A stretch of 64,000 nt of DNA from contig SGYR01000001.1 in the NCBI GenBank assembly GCA_004213405.1, forward strand, positions 8,866-72,865, read 5' to 3'. The notes under the pieces were generated by a model. It was given only the letters and a program-made list of their open reading frames with translations. It was not told where the DNA came from and made no database searches. This document shows, piece by piece, positions 60,488 through 64,000 of this stretch. This stretch comes from Candidatus Actinomarinales bacterium. GTDB lineage: Bacteria > Actinomycetota > Acidimicrobiia > Actinomarinales > Actinomarinaceae. How positions within the stretch are numbered: position 1 is the first letter of the stretch; each line of letters begins with the position of its first letter. The translations under genes were made by a program, and so were the position numbers.

Positions 60488-61714
60488 CTACTCAACTACA
60501 GGTGATTCAAACCTACTGTCATCATCTCTTTCTGATAATGGTACTTTTTGTAGTATTCTATTCAATAATATAGGAGCTATTACAGTAGTGACTATAACCA
60601 TCCATATAATTATTGAAATAATATCACCAGAAATTACATCTGAAAGTGTTGTTGTGGCAACAGCAACGAATATAAGTCCAACTTCGCCTCTTGGTGACAT
60701 TCCAATACCAATAAGAGAAGTGTTAAGGCCTTTGCCCATAGCCCCAAGCGCTGAAACGTATTTGCCAACAAATGCGAGCAAGCTTACCAACATTCCATAT
60801 AAAAACACATCAAGAGAAGCCAAAGTTTGAATGTTTACTTCCGAACCAATGTACACAAAAAATATTGGAACAAGTAAAAAGTTTAGAGGTTTCATCTCTT
60901 CTCTGATTCTATGAGTCATGCCAGATTCACCAGCGACCACTCCTCCCGCAAAGGCTCCAACTATTGGGTGAAGTCCTACAAAATGAGCAGCTGCACCGAG
61001 CAACATTGCAAATATAAAACTACCAGTTACAAATGTTCCGGGTGATGGTATTTTTACGAAAAAATTAAATATTGGTTTTGAAAGTTTTCTTCCAACAAGT
61101 ACTACTGCTAATAAAAAACCTATTGCCTTTGCACTGATAACTCCAAGGTCTACTAATGAGAAATCTCCTGAGCTTCCCAAAACTCCTGCAACAACAGTGA
61201 GAATTAGTAAGCCTAAAATATCATCTACAACCGCTGCTCCAATAATTGTTTTTGCTTCTCTTGATTTTAAAGCACCTAAATCTCCAAACACTCTTGCAGT
61301 AATACCTACTGAGGTAGCTGTCATTGCTGCACCAACGAATAAAGCTACTCCGAACTGATCTTCTCCACCTAAATTTAGTGCATAGATTGACCCAAAACCT
61401 AAAGCAAATGGTGCGACAACACCTATCAGCGCTACAAGAAGAGACGTTGAGCCCAGTTCTATAAACTCGTCTAAATTGGTTTCTAGTCCTACTTCAAACA
61501 ACAAAAGGACTACACCAATCTCCGCTAATGTTGATACGACATCTCCAGATTCAAAATGTGGAAGAAGCCCTAGACCGTAATAACCAATAATAATTCCAAT
61601 AACCAACTCTCCTATTACTGCAGGTTGGTTAATTCTTCTCATTAATTCTGCTCCAAATTTGGCAGCAACTAATATAATCGCAATTTCTAAAAACTTTTCA
61701 ATTATTGTTTCCAT
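60488..61714 (-). CDS. Cation:proton antiporter (CPA/Kef/NhaP-type Na+ or K+/H+ exchanger)
   Basis: ~12 TM, CPA-family pattern incl. conserved Asp-containing helices. Confidence 0.75.
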   Translation of the reverse strand: METIIEKFLEIAIILVAAKFGAELMRRINQPAVIGELVIGIIIGYYGLGLLPHFESGDVVSTLAEIGVVLLLFEVGLETNLDEFIELGSTSLLVALIGVVAPFALGFGSIYALNLGGEDQFGVALFVGAAMTATSVGITARVFGDLGALKSREAKTIIGAAVVDDILGLLILTVVAGVLGSSGDFSLVDLGVISAKAIGFLLAVVLVGRKLSKPIFNFFVKIPSPGTFVTGSFIFAMLLGAAAHFVGLHPIVGAFAGGVVAGESGMTHRIREEMKPLNFLLVPIFFVYIGSEVNIQTLASLDVFLYGMLVSLLAFVGKYVSALGAMGKGLNTSLIGIGMSPRGEVGLIFVAVATTTLSDVISGDIISIIIWMVIVTTVIAPILLNRILQKVPLSERDDDSRFESPVVE

Positions 61715-61762
61715 GATGTTTTATTCTAAATGAGCAGAGATTAAATGATAATAAATTAAAAA

Positions 61763-63064
61763 ATGAAAAAAGAATCAAAAAAAAATTTTAATTTACTTTT
61801 AACTGCTTCGGCATTTAGTAATTTAGCTGATGGAATAGCTGGTTTTGCATACCCTTGGCTTTTTACACTAATAACTCGAGATCCATTATTAATTTCTTTA
61901 ATGACAGTTTTAGTAACACTTCCACAGTTGATATTTGTTTTGTTTGCAGGTGTAATTGCAGATAAGTTCAATAGAAAAAGTATCTTAATTTTTTCAAGAA
62001 TTTTTCAAGTGCTACTTACTTCGTCATTTATATTTCTTATTTATTTTAACTTAGATTTCATTCCAAAAAATGTGCCGATTGTTGAGCCAGAGTTCAACAG
62101 AAAATTCTTATTAATAACAGCTTTCTATATTGGTGCATTTATTTTTGGAATGCTCGAGGTTACAAGAGATAACGCTGCCCAATCTTTTTTACCTCAAGTT
62201 GTTTCAAAAGATGATTTACCTAAATCAAATGGAAGACTGTTTGGTATTGAGTTGGTTGCGAATAATTTTCTAGGCGCACCAATTGCAGGTTTTTTAATTG
62301 GTCTTAGTTTAGTTACCCCGTTTATTTTCGATACAGTTCTATTGCTTTTGTCTGTTTTCTTTATTACTGCAATAAAAGGTGATTTTGATAGACCCAAAAA
62401 GGATATTGACAACCAAAAAACAATTAATCTAATTAAGGAAGGGGTTAGTTGGTTAAGTAATCAAATTCTTCTTCGTCGTCTTGCAATTTATACTGGAATT
62501 GCAAACTTCTTTGGTTCAATGCAGTTTCCAATAATGATTTTATTTGGTCAAGAGATACTGGGGTTGGATTCTGTTCAATTTGCTTTTTTGGCATATGGTG
62601 GAGCTGTTGGAGGTTTTGTAGGAAGCCTTCTTGCTGAAAAAATTAACAAAAGGTTAGAAGAATCTAAAACATTACTAATTTCAATCGCTTTATTTGGAAT
62701 AGGGGGCTTTGTACCTTTTATCACTTCGAATTCTTTTGTTGTGGCTGCTGCTTTTGGAGTTACAAGCTTTGGAAGTGTTCTTTGGAATGTTCAAGCGGTA
62801 TCAATAAGACAGGCTCTAATTCCAGATAAATTAATGGGTAGAGTTAACAGTGTTTATAGATTGCTAGCCCTTGGATTAACCCCTCTGGGTGCCTTATTTG
62901 GTGGTTTTGTAGTAAAAATAATGGAAAATTCTTTTTCCAGAGAATTTGCATTAAGATTTCCTTTTCTAATTTGTGGAATATTCATGTTTATTCTTTTTTT
63001 GACCGTACCTAAACTTTTATCTCAAAAATTAATCAATAAAACAAAAAACATCACTATGGATTAA
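61763..63064 (+). CDS. MFS transporter
   Basis: 12 TM MFS pattern. Confidence 0.7.
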   Translation: MKKESKKNFNLLLTASAFSNLADGIAGFAYPWLFTLITRDPLLISLMTVLVTLPQLIFVLFAGVIADKFNRKSILIFSRIFQVLLTSSFIFLIYFNLDFIPKNVPIVEPEFNRKFLLITAFYIGAFIFGMLEVTRDNAAQSFLPQVVSKDDLPKSNGRLFGIELVANNFLGAPIAGFLIGLSLVTPFIFDTVLLLLSVFFITAIKGDFDRPKKDIDNQKTINLIKEGVSWLSNQILLRRLAIYTGIANFFGSMQFPIMILFGQEILGLDSVQFAFLAYGGAVGGFVGSLLAEKINKRLEESKTLLISIALFGIGGFVPFITSNSFVVAAAFGVTSFGSVLWNVQAVSIRQALIPDKLMGRVNSVYRLLALGLTPLGALFGGFVVKIMENSFSREFALRFPFLICGIFMFILFLTVPKLLSQKLINKTKNITMD

Positions 63065-63096
63065 ATGCAGAAAAAATTATATAATTTATATCTGAA

Positions 63097-64000
63097 ATGG
63101 GAAAAACATTATTTGAAAAAATCTGGGATAGACACTTAGTTGCGTCTATAGATGAGAGTACAAATTTAGTCTTCATAGATTTACATCTTGTACATGAAGT
63201 AACATCCCCTCAGGCATTTGACAGCTTAAGGCTAGCTGGTAGAAAAGTTAAACATCCTGAAATGACTCTTGCAACGGTAGACCATGGTGTCCCAACTTCA
63301 AATAGGCTACTCGGAATAAAAGATCCGCTTTCTAAAATCCAGATTGAAGCTTTAGAAAATAATTGTAAGGAATTTGGAGTTACGTTATTTGGTATTAATG
63401 ATCCACGTCAAGGAATCGTACATGTGATAGGACCAGAACAAGGAATAACACAACCAGGAATGACAATTGTTTGTGGTGATAGTCATACAGCAACTCATGG
63501 AGCATTTGGAGCATTGGCTTTTGGTATAGGAACTTCAGAAGTTGAACATGTTTTAGCTACACAAACATTGGCAATGGAAAAACCCAAAACAATGAAAGTT
63601 GAAGTAATTGGAAATGTATCTGAAGGTGTAGGGCCAAAAGATATAATTTTAGGAATAATCAGAAAAATTGGAACTGGTGGAGGTGCTGGCCATGTCATTG
63701 AATATGCAGGTGATGTTATACAAAATATGAGTATGGAAAACAGAATGACTATTTGCAACATGTCGATTGAAGGTGGCGCACGTGCAGGAATGATTGCTCC
63801 AGATGAAATAACTTTCAATTACTTAAAAGAAAAAAATTATGCTCCGAAAGGTTCTGACTGGGATGATGCAGTTACTGAATGGGAAAATTTATACTCTGAT
63901 GAAGATGCTGAATTTGATAAAGTTGTAACAATAAACGCAGACGAACTTGAACCATCTATATCATGGGGAACAAATCCTTCACAGGTAATTTTTGTAAATG
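63097..64000 (+). CDS. leuC: 3-isopropylmalate dehydratase large subunit, N-terminal part (runs off window)
   Basis: Open frame to window end starting ATG 63097: [15 protein letters not shown]...VDHGVPTS...[27 protein letters not shown] aconitase-family motifs; not in ORF track because no stop. Confidence 0.9.
   Translation, partial: MGKTLFEKIWDRHLVASIDESTNLVFIDLHLVHEVTSPQAFDSLRLAGRKVKHPEMTLATVDHGVPTSNRLLGIKDPLSKIQIEALENNCKEFGVTLFGINDPRQGIVHVIGPEQGITQPGMTIVCGDSHTATHGAFGALAFGIGTSEVEHVLATQTLAMEKPKTMKVEVIGNVSEGVGPKDIILGIIRKIGTGGGAGHVIEYAGDVIQNMSMENRMTICNMSIEGGARAGMIAPDEITFNYLKEKNYAPKGSDWDDAVTEWENLYSDEDAEFDKVVTINADELEPSISWGTNPSQVIFVN

Noticed and set aside
1-64000. CRISPR arrays, IS elements, phage or defence-system genes
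   Set aside because: No regularly spaced direct repeats, transposase/integrase/recombinase, restriction-modification, or nuclease/helicase defence-type ORFs detected on reading both strands.

Overview
The window reads as a gene-dense chromosomal segment from a low-GC, streamlined actinobacterium. Gene order matches conserved actinobacterial blocks (nuoA-G start; carD-ispF-cysS-rlmB; clpC-lysS-coaX-panC-folK-folB-folP-folE-ftsH-hpt-tilS; topA/tmk/holB); the lineage assignment is inference from synteny and composition. Nearly all ORFs are housekeeping. Recognisable units: complex I genes nuoG' F E D C B A; rex (redox repressor) with a perfect Rex operator in front of nuoA; a Liv-type branched-chain amino-acid ABC system; a purine-nucleoside salvage island (nucleoside hydrolase, BMP-family ABC transporter, amidohydrolase, adenosine deaminase); the folate/pantothenate/FtsH block; metY and metK; three MFS transporters; a cytochrome P450; topA; an H+-pyrophosphatase; the start of leuC. 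RNA: one tRNA-Thr(UGU). No CRISPR array, IS element, integrase, phage or defence-type gene was seen. Observations for follow-up: (1) two paralogous, structurally covarying SAM-riboswitch-like leaders (SAM-I clan core motifs GCAUARAGAGARGG ... GCAACC ... GGUGC, each with an anti-SD helix) in front of metK and metY; (2) a dual-specificity-phosphatase-fold protein lacking the catalytic Cys and Arg, inserted between folP and folB; (3) a TTGTGAA-N4-TTCACAA Rex operator on nuoA with rex 1.4 kb away; (4) a CvpA-CAP fusion / small protein / MATE transporter mini-operon; (5) a zinc-ribbon membrane protein split over two overlapping frames (possible frameshift); (6) a tandem histidine-phosphatase fused protein overlapping a GT4 glycosyltransferase. 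None of these amounts to a clearly novel multi-gene system. I found nothing resembling a mobile or defence system.
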